NCBI GenBank assembly: GCA_965116925.1
Contig: OZ220744.1
Coordinates: forward strand, 5,600,001 to 5,664,000
Length of the DNA stretch: 64,000 nucleotides
Direction: 5' to 3'
DNA from: Candidatus Poribacteria bacterium
Lineage (GTDB): Bacteria; Poribacteria; WGA-4E; PCPOR2b
The translations under genes and the position numbers were made by a program. Under the pieces are notes generated by a model. It did no database searches. It was not told where the DNA came from and saw only the letters and a list, made by a program, of their open reading frames with translations. Numbering within the stretch: position 1 is the stretch's first letter; each line of letters starts with the position of its first letter. Positions 1 to 8,721 of this stretch are shown one piece after another.

Positions 1-2
1 CG

Positions 3-107
3 TTGCGGCTTTTGGGCTATCAGAAAGTCAGCAACTACATCGGCTCGTGGAAAGAGTGGGGAGATCGGCTGGATCTGCCGATCGAAATGCCGGGGCGTGA
101 TGCGTGA
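3..107 (+). CDS. 3' end of a sulfurtransferase/rhodanese (partial, runs off window start)
   Basis: Manual translation [28 protein letters not shown]...*; YxGSWxEW is the rhodanese C-terminal signature. Confidence 0.8.
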   Translation: MRLLGYQKVSNYIGSWKEWGDRLDLPIEMPGRDA

Positions 108-139
108 AACGTAATTCGTAAAGAAAAGATTTTACGCAT

Positions 140-233
140 GGGTCATGTTAAGAAAGCGTGCAACAGCAACCGAGTGTTCGTAGGGGTTGGGTCCCCCAAC
201 CCTTACTGCGGGCGGGGAAACCCCGCCCCTACA
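140..233. mobile_element. Truncated MITE family A copy carrying a GTAG REP doublet
   Basis: GGGTCATGTTAAGAAAGCGTGCA end plus near identity to 54128-54225; right end missing. Confidence 0.7.
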
Positions 234-1419
234 ATAATGCTTGATCAAGGTCTGCGATAATATCTTCCACTTCCTCCAACCCGACAGAAACCCTGACCAA
301 ACCATCCGTGATTCCGGCGCGTCTCCGCGCTTCCGGCGAGACATGCAGGTGCGTCGTCGAAGCGGGGTGACAGATCAGCGTCCGCACGTCGCCCAAGCTG
401 ACCGCAAGTGCACAGAGTTCGACCCGATTCACCAGTTTCTCTCCTGCTGATACACCGCCTTTGAGCTCAAAAGAGATCATCCCACCGAAATCGCTCATCT
501 GCTGTTTGGCGAGCGCGTGTTGTGGGTGGCTTGGCAGACCGGGATAGTGCACCCTTTCGATTGCCGAATGACTTTCCAGAAATGCTGCGAGCCCACGTGC
601 ATTGGCACAGTGACGCTCAAAACGCAGTGGTAGCGTGGCGACTCCGTGCAGCGTCAGCCAAGCGTTGAACGGACTGATTACACCCCCGAAGTGTCGTAGC
701 GCACCTTTCCTCGCCCGATCGATAAAGTCCTTTGATCCGACGATCACGCCGGCGACCACTGTTCCATTTCCACTGAGATACTTGGTCATGCTGTGAACGA
801 CGACATCAATACCGAGAGAGATTGGCTGCTGTCCACACGGTGTGGCAAAGGTGTTGTCGATGACGGATGTAATCCCGTGGGCGTTTGCAATCTCCGCGCA
901 GGCAGCGATGTCTACCAGTTTCAGCGTTGGGTTGACAGGACTTTCGATGTAGATGATTTTCGTATTCGGTTGGATTGCTCGTTTGACTGCATTGATGTCG
1001 GTCGCGTCCACAAATGTGGTTTCGACTCCCATGCGACGGAGATCTTCGTTCAGGATGTTGTATGAGCCGGAGTAAAGAGAATCCATCGCCACGACGTGGT
1101 CTCCGTGAGCGAGTAGTGTCAGCAACGCTGTGCTCACGGCTGCCATCCCCGACGCTGTTGCGAGTCCCGCTTCACCGCCTTCCAAGGCGGCAATCTTGTT
1201 TTCGAGCACAGATTGCGTCGGATTTCCCCATCGTGTATAGACATAGCCCGAATCTTCGTCCGTGAACGCAGCGACGCATTCCTCCGCTGTCTCAAACTGA
1301 AAGGTGCTGTTCTGGTAGATGGGTGGGATGAGGGGACCCGTTTTGGGGAGGGATTCTTCGCCGGCGTGGATGGCTTTGGTTGACCAGCCGGTGGATTTGG
1401 ATTTCGTTGTCATAATCAT
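229..1419 (-). CDS. PLP-dependent trans-sulfuration enzyme (methionine gamma-lyase/cystathionine gamma-synthase family)
   Basis: YTRWGNPT, SGMAA, DNTFATP, HSMTKY, SLGD motifs. Confidence 0.93.
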   Translation of the reverse strand: MIMTTKSKSTGWSTKAIHAGEESLPKTGPLIPPIYQNSTFQFETAEECVAAFTDEDSGYVYTRWGNPTQSVLENKIAALEGGEAGLATASGMAAVSTALLTLLAHGDHVVAMDSLYSGSYNILNEDLRRMGVETTFVDATDINAVKRAIQPNTKIIYIESPVNPTLKLVDIAACAEIANAHGITSVIDNTFATPCGQQPISLGIDVVVHSMTKYLSGNGTVVAGVIVGSKDFIDRARKGALRHFGGVISPFNAWLTLHGVATLPLRFERHCANARGLAAFLESHSAIERVHYPGLPSHPQHALAKQQMSDFGGMISFELKGGVSAGEKLVNRVELCALAVSLGDVRTLICHPASTTHLHVSPEARRRAGITDGLVRVSVGLEEVEDIIADLDQALL

Positions 1420-1437
1420 CTATCCGTTGGTTACTCT

Positions 1438-1758
1438 CAGGACTTACGCAGTTGAACGTTCAACCCCTCGTAGTTCGGTGACTCATTACCGGAAAATACG
1501 ACTTACGACGCCTGATGAATCAGGCAACTACAGTTAGCCCTTACAGTTCACGACGCCTGATAAATCAGGCAACTACAAATACGATTTACAACGCCCGATG
1601 AATCCCCGATAAATCGGGCAACTACAATTAGCCCTACAGTAGTGGGCACGCTTTACTGTGCCGTAATTTGGGCAATGGTTACGGCATACGGAGTATGCCT
1701 ACTACCTTAAAGACGCGCAATGAATTGCGCTACTACAAACTCAAGTGCGTAACTCCTA
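1438..1758. mobile_element. MITE family B copy (AGGACTTACGCA...TGCGTAACTCCT) filled with tandem REP-like palindromes
   Basis: Terminal inverted repeats and both flanks shared with 53975-54113; internal ACGCCTGATxAATCAGGCAACTAC units. Confidence 0.7.
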
Positions 1759-1762
1759 ACGT

Positions 1763-3085
1763 CTATAGTTTTTCTAAAATCTGTTCTGTGATCTCTATGG
1801 TGTGTTCGATGTCTGCCTCTGTGTGGGCGAAGGAGATGCTCCCCTGTTTGGTGGGAAGCGGGAAATGAAAAACGCCCTTCTCAATTAAGAGCGTTCTATA
1901 CTTTTTGTCGAGATCCATATCGTGGAACTGTGCAATTTGCAGCCAATTGGTGGGAACCTCCTCCATGAAATAGACGACAAAGGCGGATCCTTGCCGGGCG
2001 ACTGTTGCGGGGAAATCTTTCGTGGACAGGAGTTCCTTTAAGCCAGCTTCCATCATCTGACCGAGATGTTCTATATGACCATAAATCTCGCTTTCTTGCG
2101 CCTTCAATTTCTTCAAGGTTGCGATTGCCGCTGCGGTCGGGACAGGATGCGCGCTATATGTGCCTGCGATCAATACCTTCTTTTCCGGCTGCGGGTGATT
2201 GAAATACTCCATATATTCGCGCTTGCCCCCGACGACGCCGAGTGGGTAGCCGTTGGCGACCGCCTTTCCGAATACCGACAGATCGGGCTGCACCCCACAT
2301 ATCGACTGATAACCGCCTAGGGCATGGCGGAACCCCGTTTTCACCTCATCAAAAATTAACAGAGTACCGTATTGATCGCACAGGTCTCGAAGCCCCTCTA
2401 GATATCCGGGGTTCGGTTTGACCACACCGATGTTTTGTAGAATCGGCTCAAGAATAATGCACGCGATATTCTCCGTTTTTATCAGGTTTTCTACGGCGTC
2501 CAAGTCGTTGAATTGTACGACATGGACATGTTGGGAGGCGGATGCCGGCATACCGGCTGTAATCGGATAGAGCGGTAATTCTTCACCCGGCTGATGGTCC
2601 GCGATTCTTTCAAGCGAATCCATTAAATTGAAAGCCACATCGTTATGCCAACCGTTGTAACCGCCCTGCATAATAATCACTTCGTCGCGCCCGGTGACAG
2701 CCCTCGCGACCCGCACGGCGAAAAAGGTCGCCTCTGACCCCGTATTGGTGACCTGCACTTGGTCTAGGGTGGGAATACACTCTACTAACAGATTCGCTAG
2801 TTCGCCCTCCCAAGGGGTTGTCCCCGCACCGATCAGGGATTTGCCCTCCTTTATGGCTTGAACCACCGCACCATCGACATCTGGATCGCTGTGACCCAAT
2901 AGATAGGGCGAGAAGGCGGCGTGATAATCGATGTACTGCATCCCATCGCTATCCCAGAGATAGGGGCCCTCCGCTTTCACAAAAACGCGCATCGGATCGA
3001 TCACCCGATTTAGTGAAACGACGCCACCGGGTATCACCTTTTTGTGCTGTTCCCAGACTGCTGCTACTGTGTCTTTTTGTGTCAT
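1763..3085 (-). CDS. Class III aminotransferase (glutamate-1-semialdehyde aminomutase-like)
   Basis: NTGSEAT, FDEVKTGFR, FGKAVANG, AGTYS motifs. Confidence 0.9.
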   Translation of the reverse strand: MTQKDTVAAVWEQHKKVIPGGVVSLNRVIDPMRVFVKAEGPYLWDSDGMQYIDYHAAFSPYLLGHSDPDVDGAVVQAIKEGKSLIGAGTTPWEGELANLLVECIPTLDQVQVTNTGSEATFFAVRVARAVTGRDEVIIMQGGYNGWHNDVAFNLMDSLERIADHQPGEELPLYPITAGMPASASQHVHVVQFNDLDAVENLIKTENIACIILEPILQNIGVVKPNPGYLEGLRDLCDQYGTLLIFDEVKTGFRHALGGYQSICGVQPDLSVFGKAVANGYPLGVVGGKREYMEYFNHPQPEKKVLIAGTYSAHPVPTAAAIATLKKLKAQESEIYGHIEHLGQMMEAGLKELLSTKDFPATVARQGSAFVVYFMEEVPTNWLQIAQFHDMDLDKKYRTLLIEKGVFHFPLPTKQGSISFAHTEADIEHTIEITEQILEKL

Positions 3086-3117
3086 CGTCTTTTCTTTCTT
3101 CGATATATTAACGCCAT

Positions 3118-3258
3118 TCTACACACATGTCGCCCCGCTGGGGCTTGGGGTATGTAGGGGATCGGCGTTGTTATACACATTGCGCTCCTCTGGAGCGCAG
3201 GATTGACCCTATATCGCTATCTATAGACATATCGCTCCTCTGGAGCGAAAAGCAGAGC
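3118..3258. repeat. Tandem CTATAGACATATCGCTCCTCTGGAGC-type palindromic repeat units
   Basis: Three related units; an inverted related copy at about 32515-32622. Confidence 0.6.
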
Positions 3259-3296
3259 AATTGACGGACGGGAAACCTATGGATTCGCAATACATA

Positions 3297-3445
3297 GGTT
3301 CTGTTGACATTTCACCGCAACTAGATAATCGAGCGGTGGTGCACAAACGCATCGTCCTCCGTAGGGGTTGGATCTCCCAACCCGTCGGGCGAGGGGACCT
3401 CGCCCCTACAGTTACAGGTAGTTTCACATAAATATCAATACGCCC
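3297..3445. mobile_element. MITE family C copy (GGTTCTGTTGACATTT...AATATCAATACGCCC) with REP cargo
   Basis: Similar in reverse orientation to 40072-40302. Confidence 0.6.
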
Positions 3446-3742
3446 AGCAACTTGGGCTATCTTACCCGAATTATTACTGCCTTTCATAGACTTTCGTTGG
3501 ATCAATCACCGATTTCTCATTATGCAGTTCTTCGGTCAATACACCGTCCCGGAGTTGTGTTGAGTCTCCCAACCCGTTGGGCGAGGGGACCTCGCCCCTA
3601 CGATTACAGGCAGTTTCACATAAATATCAATACACCCAGCAACTTGGGCTATCTTACCCGAATTATTACTGCCTTTCATAGATTTTCGTTGGATCGATCA
3701 CCGATTTCTCATTATGCAGTTCTTCGGTCAGAGCACCGTCCC
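3393..3742. repeat. 192-bp-period tandem duplication including a diverged copy of the AAC(3) gene 3' end
   Basis: 3393-3550 vs 3585-3742 near-identical. Confidence 0.85.
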
Positions 3743-4505
3743 GAAGTTTCGTTATGCTATCACCGGTCTTGACCAGCAGGAGCGGATCTTTCCGGTATTC
3801 AGCGAGACCGATCTCAAGCGCGTCCCGTGCCCGAAACCGTCGAGCCACGGCGTTACCCAACGCACCGACCTGAGCGAGTCCACGTTCTTCGAGTATCGCT
3901 CCAAACTTGTTGAAGTCGTTGCCCACAAAGCCCGGTCTGGGACTATAGGCGAGTGCGGGGAGTGGTCGTTTTCGCCCCTCCGGCTCTTGAACCCATGCGT
4001 CGACCTGCCGCCACTGCCGGTAACGCACTTGTACAAGCTGCTCGATAACGTGGAAGAAGGTGCAGCGGAGATAGGGAACGCCAAGCATTAAGATGTGTGC
4101 GTCCAATTCATAGAGTTGCCAGAAGGGACCGTCGGCTGCCCAAGCGGAAGCTCCATGGACAGCGGTGATCTCTTTCGCGTGGGGCCCCAAAGCAGCGACA
4201 GAGTGCAGGAGGTGACGGCTCCGCCGTGCACCGGGGCGCGTTCGAGTTACCTCCGTGATACGTCCCATCTCCGATGGATCCCGAATAGGATCAAACACCG
4301 GATCAAGTTTTCCGCCGTGGGAGAAGGTGAAGGTCGGCACGACGAGTGTGCCCGTTGAACCGAGCACATCCAAGAGCGCGTCAACCATAGCGTCCGCGCC
4401 GCCTTCGACATAGCCAATACTGCTCAGCGAACTGTGCACAAAGACAATATGACTTGCTCCCAAACCCAGCGTTTGTAGTGCTTCGGCGATCTCTTCCTTT
4501 TTCAC
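3666..4505 (-). CDS. AAC(3) family (Antibiotic_NAT) N-acetyltransferase
   Basis: VHSSLSSIG.VEGG, GTLVVPTF, RSxHxxHS, CTFFHVIE motifs. Confidence 0.9.
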   Translation of the reverse strand: MKKEEIAEALQTLGLGASHIVFVHSSLSSIGYVEGGADAMVDALLDVLGSTGTLVVPTFTFSHGGKLDPVFDPIRDPSEMGRITEVTRTRPGARRSRHLLHSVAALGPHAKEITAVHGASAWAADGPFWQLYELDAHILMLGVPYLRCTFFHVIEQLVQVRYRQWRQVDAWVQEPEGRKRPLPALAYSPRPGFVGNDFNKFGAILEERGLAQVGALGNAVARRFRARDALEIGLAEYRKDPLLLVKTGDSITKLRDGALTEELHNEKSVIDPTKIYERQ

Positions 4506-4508
4506 TGT

Positions 4509-5765
4509 CTATCCTAGCGATGCGTCCACCTTGTTAATCGCCGCAGCCATCAATCGGGCGTGGTCTTCCTGCATATTGACATTGAACCCAAACCGCAAGG
4601 CTCTGCCCAAAATCGAAAGGGTCTGCGGGCACATATCCCGTGAATACTCGACGTTCCCTTTGTAGGCTGGATCTTTCCACGGATAACCCGATGGGTGGTG
4701 GGAGTGCTTAAACAGGATTGAATCCCAGTAATAGTAGATGTGACGGTCTGGAAATCCTTCGTTGTACGCCGTGCCTGCGCCCAACCCTTCTGCCTTGAGT
4801 GCTTCGACGTATTTCGGCGTGAGTTCTGGATCCTTAACAATGATTGCTGCACTGATGCCGCATTCGCCATCAGGATCATCTACATGCTGTGGAATATATC
4901 CCTTCGGCGCATCCAACTCTGCGACGAACGCCTTTTTCAGCCGACGGGTATGGCTTAAGATGTCCTCAAGTTTGGAAAGTTGTACCCTCGCAATTGACCC
5001 CATAATTTCGCTCGGACGGTAGCCCTGACGTGAAAAAGGTGGATTTTGCCACTCCTTATCGCTCATCCACATCGGCATTGCAGCATCGCTAGCGAAGGCG
5101 GTGCGTTCATAGATATCGTAGTCATCCGTGAATACCATGCCTCCTTCGCCGCAGCTGATTACTTTGAAGTAGTTTAGACTCCACGCACCAGCCTCTCCCC
5201 ATGTTCCGGTATACGCGCCGTTATACCGTCCGCCGACACACTGACAACAATCTTCGACCATTTTGAGGTCATGCCGCTTGGCGATTGCCATGAGGTCATC
5301 AAGGCGGCACGGCACCCCTTGCATGTGGACGGGCAGGATTGCTTTTGTGTGCGGGGTAATCTTCCGTTCAACATCGGCGGGATCCATGCCGAGCGATTCA
5401 TCAATTTCGGCGATTACAGGGATAGCACCTACGCCAACGACCGCCGCCGCTGTCGCAATAAAGGTATAGCCCGGAACGATCACCTCGTCGCCGGGACCGA
5501 CGCCAATCCCTGTCAGCGCACAGATGATCGCACTCGTACCAGAATTGACCATCAGCGCGTGATTCACGCCAAGCAGTGCCGCGGCTTCCTTTTCAAACGC
5601 AGCGACGTGAGAATCCTCAACAAACCGGAACAGTCTACCGCTCCGCAGCACTTCCGTGACCGCGTTAATCTCCCGATCATCGATAGCACTTGGGCCGTGC
5701 ACACCGCTGGGAATAGGTTCCACAATAACAGGATTTCCACCATCAATAGCCAATCGATCCGCCAT
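4509..5765 (-). CDS. DegT/DnrJ/EryC1/StrS aminotransferase
   Basis: NSGTSA, GDEVIVP, EDCCQ, SLNYFK..CGEGG; start moved to ATG 5765 behind GGAGG. Confidence 0.92.
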   Translation of the reverse strand: MADRLAIDGGNPVIVEPIPSGVHGPSAIDDREINAVTEVLRSGRLFRFVEDSHVAAFEKEAAALLGVNHALMVNSGTSAIICALTGIGVGPGDEVIVPGYTFIATAAAVVGVGAIPVIAEIDESLGMDPADVERKITPHTKAILPVHMQGVPCRLDDLMAIAKRHDLKMVEDCCQCVGGRYNGAYTGTWGEAGAWSLNYFKVISCGEGGMVFTDDYDIYERTAFASDAAMPMWMSDKEWQNPPFSRQGYRPSEIMGSIARVQLSKLEDILSHTRRLKKAFVAELDAPKGYIPQHVDDPDGECGISAAIIVKDPELTPKYVEALKAEGLGAGTAYNEGFPDRHIYYYWDSILFKHSHHPSGYPWKDPAYKGNVEYSRDMCPQTLSILGRALRFGFNVNMQEDHARLMAAAINKVDASLG

Positions 5766-5861
5766 TTTTTTTCCTCCAAAGTCCCGTATAGCGAGGGTCC
5801 TCAACAAGTCGGGACCTTCGTTTTTTGATATCTGTTATTCATCTTTATATGAGACTTGAAA

Positions 5862-5890
5862 ACTATATCACAGCGAGTGATCTCTGTCAA
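5862..5890 (-). promoter_or_regulatory. sigma70 promoter TTGACA-17-TATAGT
   Basis: Consensus match upstream of the DegT-like gene. Confidence 0.65.
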
Positions 5891-6044
5891 CGATTGTTTT
5901 TCAACCTCAGTCGCCTCGCTGATAGGATCATTTAATTCGTCGGGCGGGGAAACCAGATGCCCCGCCTACGATGCAGGAGCCAACCTTACCAATGAACATA
6001 ACCCCTCAGAAAAAACTGGGGCAAGCGAATCAGAGGATTTTCAC

Positions 6045-6074
6045 TTGCATTTACAGATTCGGATGTGCTACAAT
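6045..6074 (+). promoter_or_regulatory. Probable sigma70 promoter of the infC operon, TTGCAT-18-TACAAT
   Basis: Consensus-like match. Confidence 0.5.
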
Positions 6075-6220
6075 ATATTAGGAATGTATCGTATCCCATA
6101 ACAAAACTTCAGACTCTTAACTTGTTTCATTGAAATCACGATTAACAGATGGAACTCACTGTATATCGTAGGAATCGATCTCCGCGATATGCACTAAAAG
6201 ATTGAGAAGGGGTGTCAAAG

Positions 6221-6775
6221 ATTCAAAATAGAGGTCGCCGTTACCAGCAAAAAACGCAACAGCAACAAAACAGGGTGAATCGACAGATTCGGGCAAGGCA
6301 AGTTTTGTTGATCACTACCGAAAACGACAAGCTTGGACCCATGCCCGTTTATGAAGCACTCGACCGTGCACAAGAAGAAGGACTTGATTTGGTGGAAGTC
6401 TCTCCAAATGCCGATCCGCCGGTTTGCAAAATTATGGACTACGGTAAGTTCCAGTATGAGAAAAGCAAACGGGCAAAAGAAGCTAAAAAGAAACAAGCCA
6501 AAGTTGTCCTGAAAGAGATAAAGTTTCCCTCTGTAAGAACCGGGGATCACGACTTTCAATTCAAGCTGCGTCATGCTCGCGAGTTTTTATCAAATGGCTG
6601 GAAGGTCAAAGCAACTGTTAGATTCAGTGGGCGTGAAATGCTGCACACGGATCTCGGAATGGAAATGCTGCGACGATTTGCAGCAGATGTTGCAGAGGTC
6701 GGCGAGATTGAGTCGCCTCCACGGATGGAAAGTCGGTCTATGTTCATGGTCTTGACGCCAAAGTCAGAAAAGTAG
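6221..6775 (+). CDS. infC: Translation initiation factor IF-3 (probable ATT start)
   Basis: [32 protein letters not shown] 6 nt before in-frame ATT at 6221 (alternative GTG at 6212). Confidence 0.96.
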   Translation: MQNRGRRYQQKTQQQQNRVNRQIRARQVLLITTENDKLGPMPVYEALDRAQEEGLDLVEVSPNADPPVCKIMDYGKFQYEKSKRAKEAKKKQAKVVLKEIKFPSVRTGDHDFQFKLRHAREFLSNGWKVKATVRFSGREMLHTDLGMEMLRRFAADVAEVGEIESPPRMESRSMFMVLTPKSEK

Positions 6776-6789
6776 AGGAGCCCAGTCAG

Positions 6790-6984
6790 ATGCCAAAAAT
6801 GAAGACACATAAAGGTTCAGCCAAGCGTTTCAAAATCACAGGAAATGGGAAAATTCGCAGACGCAAGGCTTATTCCAACCACCTATTTATGTCAAAAACG
6901 GCGAAACAGAAGCGAAATCTCAGGAGAAGTGCCCTCGTAGATGCAACAAACGAGAAGAGGCTGCGTCGCTTGCTGTCCAACTAG
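6790..6984 (+). CDS. rpmI: 50S ribosomal protein L35
   Basis: [17 protein letters not shown]; synteny. Confidence 0.97.
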   Translation: MPKMKTHKGSAKRFKITGNGKIRRRKAYSNHLFMSKTAKQKRNLRRSALVDATNEKRLRRLLSN

Positions 6985-7017
6985 GTGGTTGTCAATATCG
7001 TTTTTAAGGAGATTGTA

Positions 7018-7368
7018 ATGCCAAAAGTAAAAACAGGTAGCGTCCGTCGCCAACGCCGCAAAAGAATCATGAAACACTCAAAGAGCTATCGCGGCGGTCG
7101 CAATAATCTGAAGCGGTCTGCGATGGAGGCTGTCGAAAAGGGCTGGAATTACGCCTATGCCCACCGGAGAGCGCGGAAACGGGAGTTCCGGCAGTTGTGG
7201 ATTGCCCGTATCAATGCCGCCGCACGGATGCACGGCTTATCCTATAGCCGTTTTATGAACGGATTGAAAAAAGCAGGAATTGACCTCAATCGCAAGGTCC
7301 TCGCTGACCTCGCTGTCCATGATGAGGCTGGATTTGCCCGTATTGTGGAGCTCGCAAAAGGACAGTAA
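7018..7368 (+). CDS. rplT: 50S ribosomal protein L20
   Basis: [24 protein letters not shown] 7018 behind AAGGAG. Confidence 0.97.
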   Translation: MPKVKTGSVRRQRRKRIMKHSKSYRGGRNNLKRSAMEAVEKGWNYAYAHRRARKREFRQLWIARINAAARMHGLSYSRFMNGLKKAGIDLNRKVLADLAVHDEAGFARIVELAKGQ

Positions 7369-7382
7369 AATTGAGTTTGCGT

Positions 7383-7661
7383 AAAGGCTATGAAAGGACA
7401 GAGTAAGCGGTTCGAGCCTTCTAATTAGAGAGGATGCGTCACCGGCTGAAAGCGCATCTTTAGAACGAGTCGCTGAATTTCATCCTGGAGCCGCCGAGTT
7501 GAACGCCGATTGTGGCAATTAGGCTTGTGCCGGGAGTTTCACCGTTACCGAAACAATTAATGAAGTGGGCAGATACTATATCTGCCAATAAGGGTGGTAC
7601 CGCGGAAGATCTCGACGCCTGTCACTTTCGTCCCTTGGACGGGGTGATAGGCGTTTTTTTT
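7383..7661 (+). ncRNA. T-box riboswitch leader, Phe specifier (TTC)
   Basis: Stem I AGGA..AGTA, AGAGA, GGCTGAAAG; GAATTTCATCC specifier (TTC 7479-7481); T-box AAGGGTGGTACCGCG 7590-7604; terminator; directly upstream of pheS. Confidence 0.92.
7615..7661 (+). terminator. T-box intrinsic terminator
   Basis: ACGCCTGTCACTTTCGTCC/GGACGGGGTGATAGGCGT stem followed by a T-run. Confidence 0.85.
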
Positions 7662-7682
7662 GCAATTTTACAGGAGATAAAT

Positions 7683-8699
7683 ATGCAAGAAGAGTTAAAG
7701 CAGATCGAAACTGAAGGGCTGACAGACCTCGAAACTGTAAGCGACTTGCGCGAATTGGAATCCCTACGGATTAAGTATTTCGGACGCAGGGGTTTGCTCT
7801 CCACAGTGATGCGAGGGATGGGGAAACTCTCCAAAGCAGAACGACCAATTGTTGGTAAACTCGCGAATGAAGTGCGAGCGGGGCTCACAGAGGCATTTGA
7901 TCAAGCCGAAAGAGCTCTCAACCAACAAGCGCGAGAACAGCAACTTGCAGCGGAGGCTGTGGATATTACGCTGCCCGGTCGCCCACCGCAGCTGGGGAAA
8001 AAGCATCCGGTGACCCAAACCTTCGATCGCATTCAAGAGATCTTCCGGGGCATGGGATTCCAGATTGCTGAAGGTCCCGAGGTTGAGCATGAATATTACA
8101 ATTTTGATGCGCTGAACACTCCCGCGGAACATCCCGCCAGAGATTCACACGATACATTTTATATCACTGATAGCTTACTGTTGCGGACACATACCTCACC
8201 GGTTCAAGTCCGCTATATGGAAAAACAGAAGCCTCCCATACGGATCATCGTCCCGGGCCGAGTGTATCGCTGCGATTCCGATGCGTCCCACACACCGATG
8301 TTCCATCAGGTCGAAGGTCTATTGGTTGCCGAGCAAGTCACCTTCAGTGAGTTGAAGGGTGTCTTATACGCTTTCGTGCAGCAGATGTTCGGAGAGGGAA
8401 CCCGGACTCGTTTCCGCCCCCACTTCTTCCCATTCACAGAGCCGAGTGCAGAAGTTGATATTTCCTGCACAACCTGCCACGGTGGCGGGTGTCGCCTCTG
8501 CTCAGGCACCGGTTGGCTTGAGATCTTGGGGGCGGGCTCGGTGCATCCAAACGTCTTCCGTTATGTCAATTACGATCCGGAACAGTTTACTGGCTTTGCG
8601 TTCGGAATGGGTGTAGATCGGATTGCGACTCTGAAATACGGCATCCCGGACCTACGGTTGATGTTTGATAATGACATGCGGTTCGCCCAGCAATTTTAG
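7683..8699 (+). CDS. pheS: Phenylalanine--tRNA ligase alpha subunit
   Basis: HPARD, LLRTHTS, FHQVEG, FPFTEPS, GFAFGMG; ATG 7683 behind AGGAG. Confidence 0.97.
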   Translation: MQEELKQIETEGLTDLETVSDLRELESLRIKYFGRRGLLSTVMRGMGKLSKAERPIVGKLANEVRAGLTEAFDQAERALNQQAREQQLAAEAVDITLPGRPPQLGKKHPVTQTFDRIQEIFRGMGFQIAEGPEVEHEYYNFDALNTPAEHPARDSHDTFYITDSLLLRTHTSPVQVRYMEKQKPPIRIIVPGRVYRCDSDASHTPMFHQVEGLLVAEQVTFSELKGVLYAFVQQMFGEGTRTRFRPHFFPFTEPSAEVDISCTTCHGGGCRLCSGTGWLEILGAGSVHPNVFRYVNYDPEQFTGFAFGMGVDRIATLKYGIPDLRLMFDNDMRFAQQF

Positions 8700-8721
8700 G
8701 ACTAGTGGAGGAAAATGAATA

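Noticed and set aside
1495..1640. Possible CRISPR array (repeated ACGCCTGATxAATCAGGCAACTACA)
   Set aside because: Only three imperfect units, short spacers that resemble each other, GTAG REP signature, no cas genes
7512..7682. N-terminal extension of pheS in the ORF track
   Set aside because: Overlaps the T-box leader; the real start is ATG 7683 with SD AGGAG
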